A DNA stretch of 64,000 nt. Origin: Tubulanus polymorphus (lineage: Eukaryota > Animalia > Nemertea). The stretch spans positions 8,836,485 to 8,900,484 of the forward strand of contig NC_134027.1 of NCBI RefSeq assembly GCF_964204645.1, written 5' to 3'. Positions 38,783-51,230 of the stretch are shown here, piece after piece; the stretch's first letter is position 1, and every line of letters begins with the position of its first letter. The notes below the pieces were generated by a model that did not search any database, was not told the DNA's origin, and saw only the letters and a program-made list of their open reading frames with translations. A program made the translations under genes and the position numbers.

Positions 38783-41700
38783 ATGAGCACTCTGTTGAAT
38801 GACAACATTCACCCTGCAATGAGACATGTTGCAGACGCAATAAGACAAGATTCTGAAAATAATCGTGAGGTATTTATACTCGCAATCTGTGGGAAATCTA
38901 AATTAAAGACGCTCCAAATCCAACTAAACTTATCATTATCATCAATTTAAGTTACTATACTATGGCTATGCCTATAATAATACACAGTGGATGTGAACCT
39001 TATATCTATATCCATATGCTTGTTGTCGTTTGGATATTAATGTCTAACCCTTCGTTTGAAGTAAATCTCTATGTCACATTTTTTCTTTAATAAAGGCTGC
39101 TTACTATAAATATCTGCTTTCAATGCAATTCATCATTTACAACTTGCTGGAAGACTACAAATATCAAGGTAAATTTCTACACCCTCAAAAATATGATGCC
39201 GCAAAAATGAAATAGGCTTATCATCATTGGACCTCTCTTATGACTGAAAAGACCTAATGAGATGTAAATTATTAATCCATATTACAGGTTCAATTAGCGT
39301 TGATTGTGTTACCAAGAAGTTTGTAAAATTAGGACAGCAATGTATGGACCGAATTCATTCGTTGATACAAAATCCAGGTGTGTAGACAGTATCAGCGTGA
39401 AGCTTATTGCTATCATTTGAAACATGGTCAAGTTATGAGAGTCTAGATTGTAACAAATTTTTTTCAATGTTATATTCCTTTTGGACAGATACTGGAAGGA
39501 CTTCTGTCAACAACAATTCGCAGACCGATTCAGTTGATTTGCATTCGTCTGCAATGCATCGTTCTTGTAGCTCTTCTTCAATAGCGCTCAACCCTACTGC
39601 TACTTCAACTAGTTCATCCGCTTCTACGACAGTCACTGATTTAGGAAGATCTTTCCCAAACGTTCCGCTCACACAGTTTCCTAGTCCTTCAGCTTCACCA
39701 ACTGCCTCAAGGCCTGCCATTTTTACGAATGATGTTCCGAGGTGAGTACAAATTCCAGACTTCCAGTAACTGGATTAGCTGATTCGTACACGCATACAAT
39801 GGTCAAACAGCACTTCTGCACTGAGAAATTTTTTTCCAGAAATTTGCGGCCTGTATATTATGCCCAACAGCAGAACGACTACCTGTTATCGGCACACAAA
39901 CAGAGGTTAGCGCATGTTAATTCAAATAGAAATACAACAGAAATGGTATGTACGATTATATTCTATTTGGTTTTCGCAGACATTTTTCATTTGCTTCGAA
40001 AGATCTTTTTCCCTTTATTCCTAGAATTTACGTTTACAAAGACGGCTCATAGAGAATGCTGCTTTAGCTCGATCAAAACAGGCTGCTGTATCCTTTAAGC
40101 AAACATTTCAGTTCTCATTAGATTCATCTGTTCAAAATTTGATGTAACATATGCTCGTTTCTGACCTTTTCCAACTTATTTTGGACAAATCACCAGAAAC
40201 AACAATTAGGTCATAAATCCTTGACATAACACTTAGTTAGAAAAAAAAACACGTGAAAGATTGAAATTAATTGAAGCTGAAGCCATTGAGTAAGTATTAA
40301 AAAACACTGCCCTGCCTTTCAGGCATGTTTGCATGTTTTATCGCTGTCATTTATTGCTGCTCTTTTATTTTTGAACAGAAAGTTTTCTTCGAAAGAAGAC
40401 CAAGAATTCTATAAATCAGTGCTGAAATATGAAGAACTAGCGGTATAAAGAATTTGAATCATTCGTCGGACAAGGTTTAAGTCAGATTTGATCGAAATTG
40501 TACCTGATCTTTGTTTCATTTTCAATGCAGGAATGGCCATTGGCGTGGAGAGCACGTGTAAACGGTAATCCAACTGACTCGCGGCTGATTCACCTACTCG
40601 TGCAACAAATCCTGCGATACCCTGAACATCCGATCACTAAACTCATGATGACATATCAGTATAATATCTACGATAAGATTTCACCGTTGATCACGAAGCA
40701 TTTAGAAAATTTACAGTCAATCAGAGTTCCATACCTGGCATGCAATGACAAAGATTCCATAAGTGAGTAATTGGCATATGAGTTCATTTTGACAAATATA
40801 TGAGTTAATGAATATTAAAATATATCATTTGGTGTTTGTAAATGCAAATGAAAAGTATCAAGATACCTGATACTTCTCTGCCAGGCTGGCCTCTGACCTG
40901 GAAGACCTGGAAAATAGGGAAAACCCAGGGTATCGAGAAAATGTAGAAAATCTGGGAATATCAACAAAGGGAATCAACAAATTTTGCAAAAAACTGGGCA
41001 CCCTACGGGATATGCTATTGACCATGCGTTTATTTATTAACATGTAATTCCTCAAAAATGAATGAATTGTAAGATTTCAAACCACGAAATTTATCAGATG
41101 TACTTTGGGAATTTCGTGTTATAACATGGAAACCTCAGGGAATTTGTAAACAGGGAAATAGCCACTCTATTAGCATTTACAGCCCATCATTTGATACTAA
41201 ATATGTAGTTTGATGATATATTCTCAGTACAATGTATTTGCTTCTATTGTTAGATAAAACTAGTCAAAATCTAAATGAAACAACAAATTCGTCTAAGAGT
41301 GCAGAAAGACATGCTGATCAAGTGGTACCGGACTCAGTCGGTGAAGAAGCAGATTTACGGGCAGACGTGCCAGACAACCGTGAATCAGAAGTCTGTCAGA
41401 CAGAGACTGATTCAGGTGATCGTTTGTTATCAGCCGATGAGTCGAAACCCGACTCACCTATATCCGATCAGAATTCAAACATAGAAGACAATGAAAAGTC
41501 TACAACGTGTTCCATGTCTGCTGCCGAGGCAAAACGTTCCAATTTTAAACAAATGTTTGCGTGCAGCGAATCAGAAGATTTCGACGATCTTTTTGAAAAT
41601 CAATGGGAATATGTGGACTGCACCGGCAAAGGTATTTCCGTCTACTCTCAGGTACTCTGCGCAATTGATATCTTCTAGTATAAAGCACTGATTTGTATAT

Positions 41701-43157
41701 GTTTCGTGCGTTTTAGAATCGGTTAATGTGTCTCATCGCTTGTCGGTAAATGACGAAGCGAAGATCACCGCGCTTGATTTGAAGGCATTTCAAAAGCACG
41801 CTCAAGACATCGTGAAAGACATTCACTTATACTACAACAAAACTCTCCACTTGTTCACGATAGCATACAGTCAATGGAATAACCCCGATACGAAAGAAAC
41901 ATTACTGGAAGAAATCGAAGAGCCATATTATAAACCGCTGTGGCCCTATATCCTAGCACTATTCAGGTAGATTATTCCTTTTCATTGCTATATTCGGTCA
42001 TTTTCAATTCTACAAAATGAACTCGAAGAGCCACTTACAGCATATGGGAAACACTGTCCTTTTGTTAGGTTAAATGAACAATCCAATAGGTAGTCTTGGG
42101 AAACCAAGATCCCAATGATGTAAAGCAAGATCAAGATAGGCAAACAAAAATGTGATCTAGTTTTATCCAAGCAACATACGTTTCATTGCTATATTCAGTC
42201 ATTTTCAATTCTACATTTCTATAATAAACAGAGTGAACAATCAGAATAAAGAGATTCAGCTGGCGAAGGTTATGACGAAATATATTCAAGCTGGGCCAGA
42301 AATGTTCGAAGTGAACGATGACGTCTGTTTGCTGGAGTGCAATGTCGGAGAATCGAGGTTTATGCCAGTCTGTGAGGAGCTACGTCGGATTGCTCATTGT
42401 ACGTGCCCGACTAAAAAATTACTATGCCTTGGTAAGATTTGCTTTCTCGTGTTAATTGCTATTTTACTCTATTTCATATGCGTAGAATATCTCATAAACT
42501 GGATGAATTTTGTCACTTCGGAATTTCTTTTATGTGGCTTTGCGTGCGAATTGCCTTCTTATTTCATTCATCAAAGGAGGAACAAAAAATCCTAAGACTT
42601 TCAATTTTGTAATCAGTATTTACTTCTTTTCGCTGCAGTTCATGATACGATCATTTATGACTCTCATAATCTAAATTTAACTTGATTCTAATTTCTAACT
42701 TTTCAGTCAATTTTTCACGCATGATTTGTCACAGTGTCGAGGAAATAAGCCGCTTTAGGTCGGATTCGATGTAAGTCTACAGAGTATTGGAATCCTGGAT
42801 TCCCAGTACATGTACCAGGGTAAAAACCTAACTACTCAAACTATGAAAATCACGCAAACTAATGTTTTTATTTTCTAAGAGGTGCCGATGATTTGCTGCC
42901 AATCATTTGTTATTTAGTCAACTCAAGCGGAAGTCCGTTCATCTGGTCGGAGTGTATAGCGCTGGAAGAATTTATACCTCAAAGGTACGTATGCAAATGA
43001 GGAAACTATAATGTGAGGAAATGGCATAAGAATAAACCCTAAATGATTTGGCTGATTCTTTTTGTTAAGGATTCTGTATGGTGAGGAAGGCTATTGTTTA
43101 ACTAGTGTCCAAACTGCAATGGGATATTTAATGACGCTGGATACCTCCAATACCTAA
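38783..43157 (+). CDS. VPS9D1: VPS9 domain-containing protein 1, 15 exons, about 701 aa
   Basis: Phase-consistent exons: 38783-38869, 39096-39168, 39288-39377, 39489-39741, 39840-39945, 40025-40087, 40237-40289, 40379-40442, 40531-40762, 41254-41631, 41717-41966, 42232-42431, 42707-42770, 42880-42984, 43070-43157 (2106 nt). MIT-like N-terminus (PAMRHVADAIRQD..AAYYKYL), NLRLQRRLIEN, EWPLAWR..PEHPI, and a VPS9 C-terminus (GADDLLPII..SECIALEEFI..GEEGYCLTSVQTA). Confidence 0.9.
40088..40236 (+). other. U12-type (minor spliceosome) GT-AG intron 6 of VPS9D1
   Basis: 5' splice site GTATCCTTT. Branch site TCCTTGAC at 40218-40225, with the A 12 nt from the acceptor. No polypyrimidine tract. Splicing keeps the frame (SKQAA/LEKKTRERLKL). 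Confidence 0.9.
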
Positions 43158-44421
43158 ATATGTGAATCTGTGGCACTCACTCAGCAAAGAGATGCTTTCT
43201 ACTGACAATGCGCGTGGCTCATATATCCGAGAACATCCTGGGTAACAACAGTAATCCGATATCATTTTGAAATTCGTTCGTCTGCAACGCGGGACAGGGT
43301 CCATTATTTTATAGGTGGTTGAAAAATCTGATATATACGCAGGAATTAAGAAGCACTGCAGAAAATGTATTTTCTATTTTTTCCTAACAATCTTAATTCT
43401 GCACTAAATCAAAGTTTAACTGCAAGTCTCTTTATCAATCATCTTTTGAAAGTTTTGATATGGTGTGATGTGGTGACAGACATAAGATTTCCTTGTGGAT
43501 GAAAAAAATGTGCAAAAGATTTTGTATATCAATTGTACGTCAAAAGTGGTGCTCATTATTTATTGTTTAAGTGAATGTTATTTTTTTTTATCCTGGGAAT
43601 GAAGCTCATTATTCTATATACAGCAGTTGAATTGTGTTGCAATGAACAAATGAATGTTCATATTTCATTAGATCCAGCATGAAATTGATAAATCTTTCTT
43701 GGCTCTCTGTTGAATGGTATTTGATTTAGATTTGTCAATTTTGTCAACGAGCTGGAACAATTGAAATATTTTACCTGGATGCATGTGGTGCTTGATGAAA
43801 CTCTAATATTACTGGTCAAGGTTAATTGTGTTGATGACTGTGATCAATAAAGAATTCAAACAGAACATTTCAATTTTATTTAAGTTTTTTAGGTTGCATC
43901 TGTGTCTTTACTGATCCTAGAGTTTCTTATGTGCGATCCTCTGCTGCTAAGCATTTACACTGAAATTGGCACCAAAACCACTATACTCAACAAATGACCG
44001 ACGTCGGTTAATAACTTAATAGTTTATTTCGAACAACATAATCATTATCGAACAGGTCCTGTAGTAATTAATCTAAAAGCCTTGGTACACATGGTACCAA
44101 TATTCTTATCTAAATGGGAATACAATCCACTAGTAGAGGATTTATCCAGGTAATCATTTCATGGACAGCTGGAACACTGGTTTAAGCTGCTGTACTACTA
44201 GTGTATAAGGGCTTCATTCCAGATGATTTATAACAGTACATTCAACAGTTAAACTCGAAGTCACCATTTATTTGACAGCCTAGTGTATAAGCAGTTCGCT
44301 CCAGATGATTTATAACACAGTTCACGCAACAAAGTCGCCATCTATAGGACAAGATACCAGAGGCTGATCTGTATCCGATACGATTAATATCACAAAAAAA
44401 TCTTTTGATTCACAAGCAAAG

Positions 44422-44901
44422 CTATAACTTCAAAGCAAACGAAACACCACACGAACACGATTTGTCTGCATTAGGATTGGTAACAATTTGAAACGCCGAT
44501 CGAATCAGCTCCGTGTGATAGTCGATCGTTGACCCAGCGATGAACGGCAGCGATTCCTTGTCAACGACGACTTTCGCGCCATCCTTTTCGAAGACGACAT
44601 CTTCGTCGGTGAGGTTTTTATCGAGCTCAAATTTGTATTGAAATCCAGAACAACCACCGCCTTCGACTAAGATTCTCAGAAATGAATTGTCGCTGCTGTC
44701 TTTTTTTAGAGTGGTCACTTTTTTCAGTTGCGCAACGCAATTGTCACTCAAAACCAAACCATTGGAGATATTCTCAGAGCCTGCGTCTGTTGACTCAGTT
44801 CGGTTAATCACTGTTGCCCATAAAGACGAAGGAGGAACTTGTTTCATGTAGCTTTTAGCGATCGAAATTTTACTTCCGCATTTTCGCATGAACGCCGCCA
44901 T
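44422..44901 (-). CDS. ISCA2: Iron-sulfur cluster assembly 2 homolog, mitochondrial, intronless
   Basis: HesB/IscA domain with FLRILVEGGGCSGFQYKFELD, GSTIDYHTELIRSAF and the C-terminal CSCGVSF motif. The N-terminus is basic and presequence-like. Confidence 0.95.
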   Translation of the reverse strand: MAAFMRKCGSKISIAKSYMKQVPPSSLWATVINRTESTDAGSENISNGLVLSDNCVAQLKKVTTLKKDSSDNSFLRILVEGGGCSGFQYKFELDKNLTDEDVVFEKDGAKVVVDKESLPFIAGSTIDYHTELIRSAFQIVTNPNADKSCSCGVSFALKL

Positions 44902-45054
44902 CTTTTCTTTGCCTTCCCGGATTCTGACCGGAATGTGCTGCCACCTTGAGTCCGAGTCCGTGATTTACTCCGCTCTCGAGCGAAGAACCTGAACCCGGAA
45001 ATAGATATTTTTGGGAAAACTTTTTTTCGAAAATATCGATATTTTTCCGATAAA
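44902..45054. promoter_or_regulatory. Bidirectional promoter shared by ISCA2 and NDUFB9
   Basis: Only 153 bp separate the two ATGs. It contains ETS-type CCGGAA motifs (about 44928 and 44995), a DRE palindrome TATCGATA (45034-45041), and a YY1-type GCCGCCATCTT overlapping the ISCA2 ATG. Confidence 0.75.
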
Positions 45055-47133
45055 ATGTCATATCTCCAGACGCAATTCCTTTCTCACGCCCAAAAGGTGA
45101 TGAGGCTGTACAAAAAAGCGGCCAGACAAACCCAATCTTACTATTCTGAAAGGTAAGGTGTCAGTTGATTCAGATTACGAGACTCCTGTCCTGCCTGCCT
45201 TATCATTCAATTCAATTCAAATCTTTATTCAGCATAAACAAGTGCACTGTTAGTGACTGACATCAACATCTGATAAACAAGCTCTGCGAAATAGACATAA
45301 TATGATGAATCAGGGCCGGGGTCACCATCATCATTTACTATCTACTCTACATCGACCGATCATTATGCAGCTTGCCTTCTTGTAGCCATCCTGGTTATTC
45401 TTCACCCAGTCCTGGCAGTGGCTGTCTCCACAGTGGCTGTCTCTCTCTTCGTTGCTCTACGATCCTGTGTAACCACCCACCCAGACACGTTCATTCAAAT
45501 TCGCGTGACTTTTGCCGACACAACTACTGTCGGCATTTTTGCCTGTGTTCAAACTGCGATATCTCGCAAATAAACAACCGATATTGATAAATAAACTATC
45601 TACACTAACCTTATGATGTCTTACGTTTGTTCATTATATCATTTTGACGATAAATCTGATTTTAGTACGATTAAATTTAAGATACAAAAATGATGCGCTG
45701 ATTAGCGATGAGACACGCATCGCTCAAGTGTCTTGTTGCTAACGAACTACAGTGTTACAATGCCTAGTTTCAAAGTGAAAAAATAGTGTCATTTTTGCTA
45801 TTTCTGTATTTATATCGCATCAAGCACGGAGTATGATGAAGGAACCTCCGAATGAACATAATAATAAGAAAACTGAATATGTGAGGTTTGTAATGATAGT
45901 TTATTTTTCACAATCGATTTGGTGAAACTGGATTTCTGGTGGTTTCAAGTCACAGTGATTTAAGAGTATTGAGAAAATGTCGTTCGTGTCTTAGTGTCTG
46001 TGGTACATCAGACACTAAGGTTCTTGGTGAAGGTTATTCATGACATTTGATAGTTTAGTGGCTTAGCTTTAGGACAGTTTCAGTAGTGCATACATAGGGG
46101 TCATGAGTAAGAAAAGGACCAACCGCACTGATGGGCAGCTGAACTAAAACAATCTATAACACTGTATTGAACTTTTCTCGAGTAGAATGTGGCACTTATT
46201 TCTTTTGATAGAAATCGATTTCGTTACCACGCCGTACTATTGAGGGCAAGATTCGATGAAAATAGAAACGCTGATCCGAACGAAGCCGTTCGATTGTTAC
46301 ATGCCGGAGAAAAGGAATTATGGGATAAACAACATCCACAGCCATTGAAATGTAAGCCTTGCTTTTAAAGGGATCTGCTACAAGCTCTCTTCATCTTGAA
46401 ATCAGTTCAAAATTATTTGCTGTTCATTAGGATTGTGTTCAATTCTTGCTTATGCAGCTAGTATCCTTCGTGTTTGTTGTTAATGACATTTGATAGTTTT
46501 GTTTATATATTTTTTAGTTCCAAATTCACCTGGTGGGGTCGCATTTGGTCGAGAAGCCTATACGCCTGATTCCGTAAGTATTTGAGATTTGGTAATCTGT
46601 TAGCACGCTTAATGAACATTATTTTCTTTTCAACATATAAAGAAAGAACGAAAGAAGTTTTGAAACTGGGTTTCAAATGGAGAGGTTTTATAACAAATAA
46701 ATACCGGTATATTGATGTTTCCAAAATTCACATGCCAGTACAATATACTCTCAGATCTGATCAACTCAGGTAGCCTAACTGTTTAACTCGGATGTTTGTT
46801 GAAATATTTGTGGGACACAATGAATTGTATAACATCCGGCTTGAAGATATCAGTCAATTCATCAAATTTTGATGGTCGCAAAAGGACTTGAGCAAAGTGT
46901 ACTGGATATCATTATTTGAGAACAAGAAAACGTGAGGTTACGCGCACTAAACCTTTTCTAAAGACAAGCACTGATATTTTCTTGTAATTATCACTTTGCA
47001 GATGCTTGATGCCTGGCATCCCCTCGAGAAGGCTCAATATCCCGAATATTTCGCCAGACGAGACCAAAGAAAGAAGGAATACATCGAGCGTTGGGAAAAG
47101 AAATACGGAAAAGTCGAACCAGCTAGTCATTGA
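45055..47133 (+). CDS. NDUFB9: NADH:ubiquinone oxidoreductase subunit B9 (LYR family), 4 exons
   Basis: Exons 45055-45152, 46212-46351, 46518-46573 and 47002-47133 encode [24 protein letters not shown]...[15 protein letters not shown]...[20 protein letters not shown]...[35 protein letters not shown]. The LYK motif and the WHPxEKAxYP motif are typical of NDUFB9. Confidence 0.95.
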
Positions 47134-47427
47134 TCAGACGAAGGCTGTTAGTTTTAGTTAGGAAAGTGTTATTTTAGTCTGCTTGATCGATTGTAAATCT
47201 ACGCCGGTAGACCGTAAAGAAACTTACTGACTAACATACACATATTTATGTTTTTGATAAAAATTTGCGTGAAAGTTGTTCAGTGGTTTGATGACAATTT
47301 TGATGTCGCATCGATTATTTAGAATTGAATTAAACTGAATAAAATATCTGTTATTAGAATTGAGGTGTTTTTAATATTTTAGTGCAGAAATGCGAACAAC
47401 TCATTTACGATAGATCTCATGAAACAT

Positions 47428-47648
47428 CAGAGCTGCCAACTGTTCCTGATTTTCGGTATTTGTTACTATAATTTTATAATGAGAAATAATGATTTTATTT
47501 GTTTGATGCGTATGGAAATATAAAAGATGTTTACTGTTGATATCATTCCGACGATGAATTTGAACATTTTCTTTCATATTTCAATGAAATGTTACTGAAA
47601 AGAATTCCATTTGTTACTGATAGCTCTTTTCTGAAGTTGGTAGCCCTG
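47428..47648. mobile_element. Degenerate MITE between the convergent NDUFB9 and SNX16-like 3' ends
   Basis: Imperfect TIRs CAGAGCTGCCAAC / GTTGGTAGCCCTG with internal repeated TGTTACT motifs. No clear TSD. Confidence 0.5.
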
Positions 47649-47945
47649 AAACGGCATGGATCTTAAATGACATCCGGAATCTCAAGTTAATTCCTCAAAT
47701 GTGGATTGCGCGAGGTCTTACCTTCCACTCTTGTCATTTTGCCTTGTTCTAATTGCGGAAAATATCAATAAAAACCATACCACGCATTCCTCTAAAATCA
47801 ACAATCCATACAACCAAGGAGTCTATGATTTTCAATCTATTTTATTTCACATTATTTGTTTAAAATGCATGCATTTGATTTAGCTGCTAATTTTGTAGTT
47901 CATTAAGTAGACATAATTTTTGGCCATTCATAGTACTTGTAGTGT

Positions 47946-50900
47946 CTAATGTTTAAATGTTGGTGCAGTCGGTTGATCGCGACTTCCCGTTCGTGGTTTC
48001 TGATCGTATAATTCGTTATAAATCCATTTTGGCCAATTACGAATTGGAACACGTTCAATACGTTGTTTATCAAGCAGTGCCTGCAAATGTGTACATTTCA
48101 GTTTTCTTAATGACTGGTTTTTTAGACCAAAATTACCTGTTCGACTACTTTACCTGAGCGCTAGTGACTAGTCCTGCTGGCATTCCTTTTTGGCTGAGTT
48201 TTATTCCGATCACTAGTGAATTGAAGTAATGCTTGAAAGATGTTCAAATAAGATAATTATTGAAGCTGTTGAAAGATTCTTGACAAGTGTTACACATCGA
48301 TAGGAAAGAATGTATGTATAATCATGGAGTACCTCTTCAAGATAGACAGTGTATTCCTTGTATTTTGCATTCTCTTGCTCCAAGTCTTCGAGTTTCTTAG
48401 TTTTATTCATCACATCAACCTGACATCTAAAATACGAGATTTCGTAGCATTCTTATAAATAGCAGTAACGCGTACAAAATTGAAGTTAAAAGTAGGTTAA
48501 ACAATACGATTTCAGCTGGAAATTTACCTCAGACTCAGGTGGCTCAAGTCAATACGACATTTTCTCAAATCGGCATCGAGTGTTGTATTTTTATGATCTT
48601 TTCCGGCCAGTTCAGATTTGATTTCAACCAGTTCATGCTCCATAGACTATAAAACATATTGTGCAATATTTTGGTTACTAGGTGATCTTATTTTAAATTC
48701 GTAATGTATTTGTTGGCATGTTTCGAACCTCTAGAGTTGCTCTGTTGTATCGCCTCATCATAACGTCTAAATAGTCAATATCCTGGAAATGGAATTTACA
48801 TGTATATTCAGTTTGCAGGTTATGGAAACTCTTGGAGGGATATTAAACATTGTCTGGTGACCTACCTCTTTAAGTTTACGAAGTTGTCCTGGTTTCATTT
48901 CGGTCGTTGTAACTTCAAAACTCGGCCCACGAATGTTGACGTTGACATTCGGAAATTCACACGTTTTCAGCTGTGTATCAATCTGATGGCGAATATCTGC
49001 CAATAATCCGTCATATTCCTTCATCTATGAAAAATAGCAATGAGTGAAATTAGCTTTCTTCTATCATTGTGACTTCTATAAAAAAGAAAATCTGCTAAAT
49101 ACGATTTAGAATGAACGAACTAAGTATTCTTGAATGTGACTTTCTATCGGAAGAATCTTTAGTTGGTGCCTAATCCTGAGTTTGACTAGCAGTAAAATCT
49201 CAAATATATTTATTTCTCAAAATCATAAATCACAAACTTTTTTCATGATACTTTCCTATACTTTGTACAGCAAAAGAAGTAAAGAATAATTCATCAATGG
49301 GGCATACCTTACTCTCAATCTCTGCTTTTCGAATATCCTGTTCCTGGTTTCTCATTTGTTTTACAATCTGTTTTTCATCCTCCCACTGTTTTTTACTTTG
49401 CTCCATCTCAGTGATCGCTTGTCTGTATTTCTGCTCCATTTCAGTGGCTTTTTCTTCCAAACCCTTCAATAAGAGAGTATAGATGAAGCGACCACTCTTG
49501 TGAAGTACATAAATTATAATTAATCTGACTCTGATTTAACTATCATCCTAAGCCAAGCAATGCATCTGCAGTAAAATATTGAAGCAAATAACATCTGAGA
49601 ATTTCATTGTTAAGTATATAAAATGGCAGGAGAAGCAAAGCTAGGTTATATGATACGTTTTTTACAATCGACTACATCACAAATTTGAAGACCGGTAAAA
49701 TTCAAAGCAAGCCAAATGGGCAGTAGATGTTCAACCTAAACTGAGATGAATCGATCAACGATATTTAAGTTTTATGTAAAGAGTAAACAGTATACAATTG
49801 CAAGGAACTTTTTTTATTGATATTCTTACCCAATTACGCAATCATTGTGGTGGAAGCAGTCGCAGGCTAGTAGGTAGGTTCAATTGAACGATACCTTAAT
49901 TTTCTCCTCATATTGTTTAATGATTTGTGACTGTGACTCCTGCATACTGATGCTCGATTGATGGTGATGGTCGGCTCCTATTTGTAACTGTGATATCTCG
50001 TACTGGAGACTGGCTATTTCAGACTCTTTATTATATACCATACACTGTAATGATCGGATCTTCTCTTCTTGGTCGATATTAGTCATCTGTAACAAAATGC
50101 AGCAAATTTGAAAAGATGACAGATAGTCTGGAAGTCAGAATACATGCATTTGGTTGCTTGAGCTTACAATACAAGTTTGTAGGTCATCATATGGACCGGG
50201 TGGATTGTCAATACGAAAGAATTTCTTTACTGCTTGACTTTTACACACTTCCCTGTGCGCGAGGATGTTTTGCATGAATTTTTCAAGGCCACACTCACGC
50301 TGCTTCAGAAAATCTAGAATTCAACAAAGATTTGATAAAGAAATTCAAACTTATTTTTTCGTCAAACACATAACAACCCTATTATTTAAGTGGGACGGTT
50401 GATATCAGTGCAATTGATAAGCAAACAAGAAATAAACAATTTTTCATGATGGCCATAAGTCAAGATAAAACGCTGACTTGTTTTCAAAACCACAAAAAAG
50501 GCCTAAAATCAAAGATAACAAACAGATTTATACAAACCTTGGCTGAAGTTATTCCTCCAGTACCTTTTTGGTGGTATGTGAAGTTGGAATAAAGGAAAAA
50601 GTTTACGCAACTACAAAATAAGTAAAATGTCAGATTATTTTATTATCAATTTATATTTAAAGTATATATGTAGAAAAATAGCATATCTGAATCTGTAGCC
50701 TAAATTAAGTTATCATTTATCTCTGATAATTGTGTTTTGTCACATTTTGTCTGAAATGACCCTAAGACAGTACGCCGGTAATCTCCTTACCCTTTTATTC
50801 AAATAAACAAAGTCTGCATATCTCCGTCGTATGACATACTTTCTAGCTTTCGAAGTCACTAAAGATATCTTATATAACTAGATAATAAATAAGCAGAGAA

Positions 50901-51230
50901 ATTAACGAACATTTTTTACCAGGTTCACAAGACCAAATAATATGAAAAACTATAGAAAATATGAAGTTTGATATCGCTTAGTCAAGTATTAATCAATACG
51001 TGAAAACTAACTGTGAATTTCTTTCTCGATTGAAGTATTTCTCTATCGATGATCTGCGATGAAAATATATCTTCGTCCTCGTAGACAAATTGTGAATCGT
51101 TACTGAAAACAGATTCTCGTCCCGAACTAAGGAATCCTAAATCATCTCCGGTCATCGCATCACTGGCAACAGATCCCAGCATCGGTGTCGATGTAAGTAA
51201 TGGAGAGCGTCCTAATGCATCGCCAGACAT
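47946..51230 (-). CDS. Sorting nexin-16-like PX-domain protein with a long coiled-coil C-terminus, 11 coding exons, about 477 aa
   Basis: Phase-consistent exons: 51230-51012, 50877-50791, 50610-50538, 50313-50168, 50086-49895, 49463-49308, 49024-48866, 48782-48729, 48646-48528, 48426-48333, 48080-47946 (1434 nt). The PX region KFT/LYKI..RRYADFVYLNKRLRKLFP..IPPKRYWRNNF..FLKQRECGLEKFMQNILAH..AVKKFFRIDNPPGPYDDL resembles SNX16. An in-frame TGA lies upstream of the ATG. Confidence 0.8.

Noticed and set aside
40885-40927. Potential extra VPS9D1 mini-exon after TTCTCTGCCAG
   Set aside because: Exons 9 and 10 already join in phase. The region 40882-41170 looks like a degenerate MITE with repeated ACCTGGAA/CAGGGAA motifs.
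49464-49894. GTATCGTT donor in the SNX16-like gene as a second U12 intron
   Set aside because: It mismatches the GTATCCTT consensus at +6, and there is no TCCTTRAC branch point near the acceptor.
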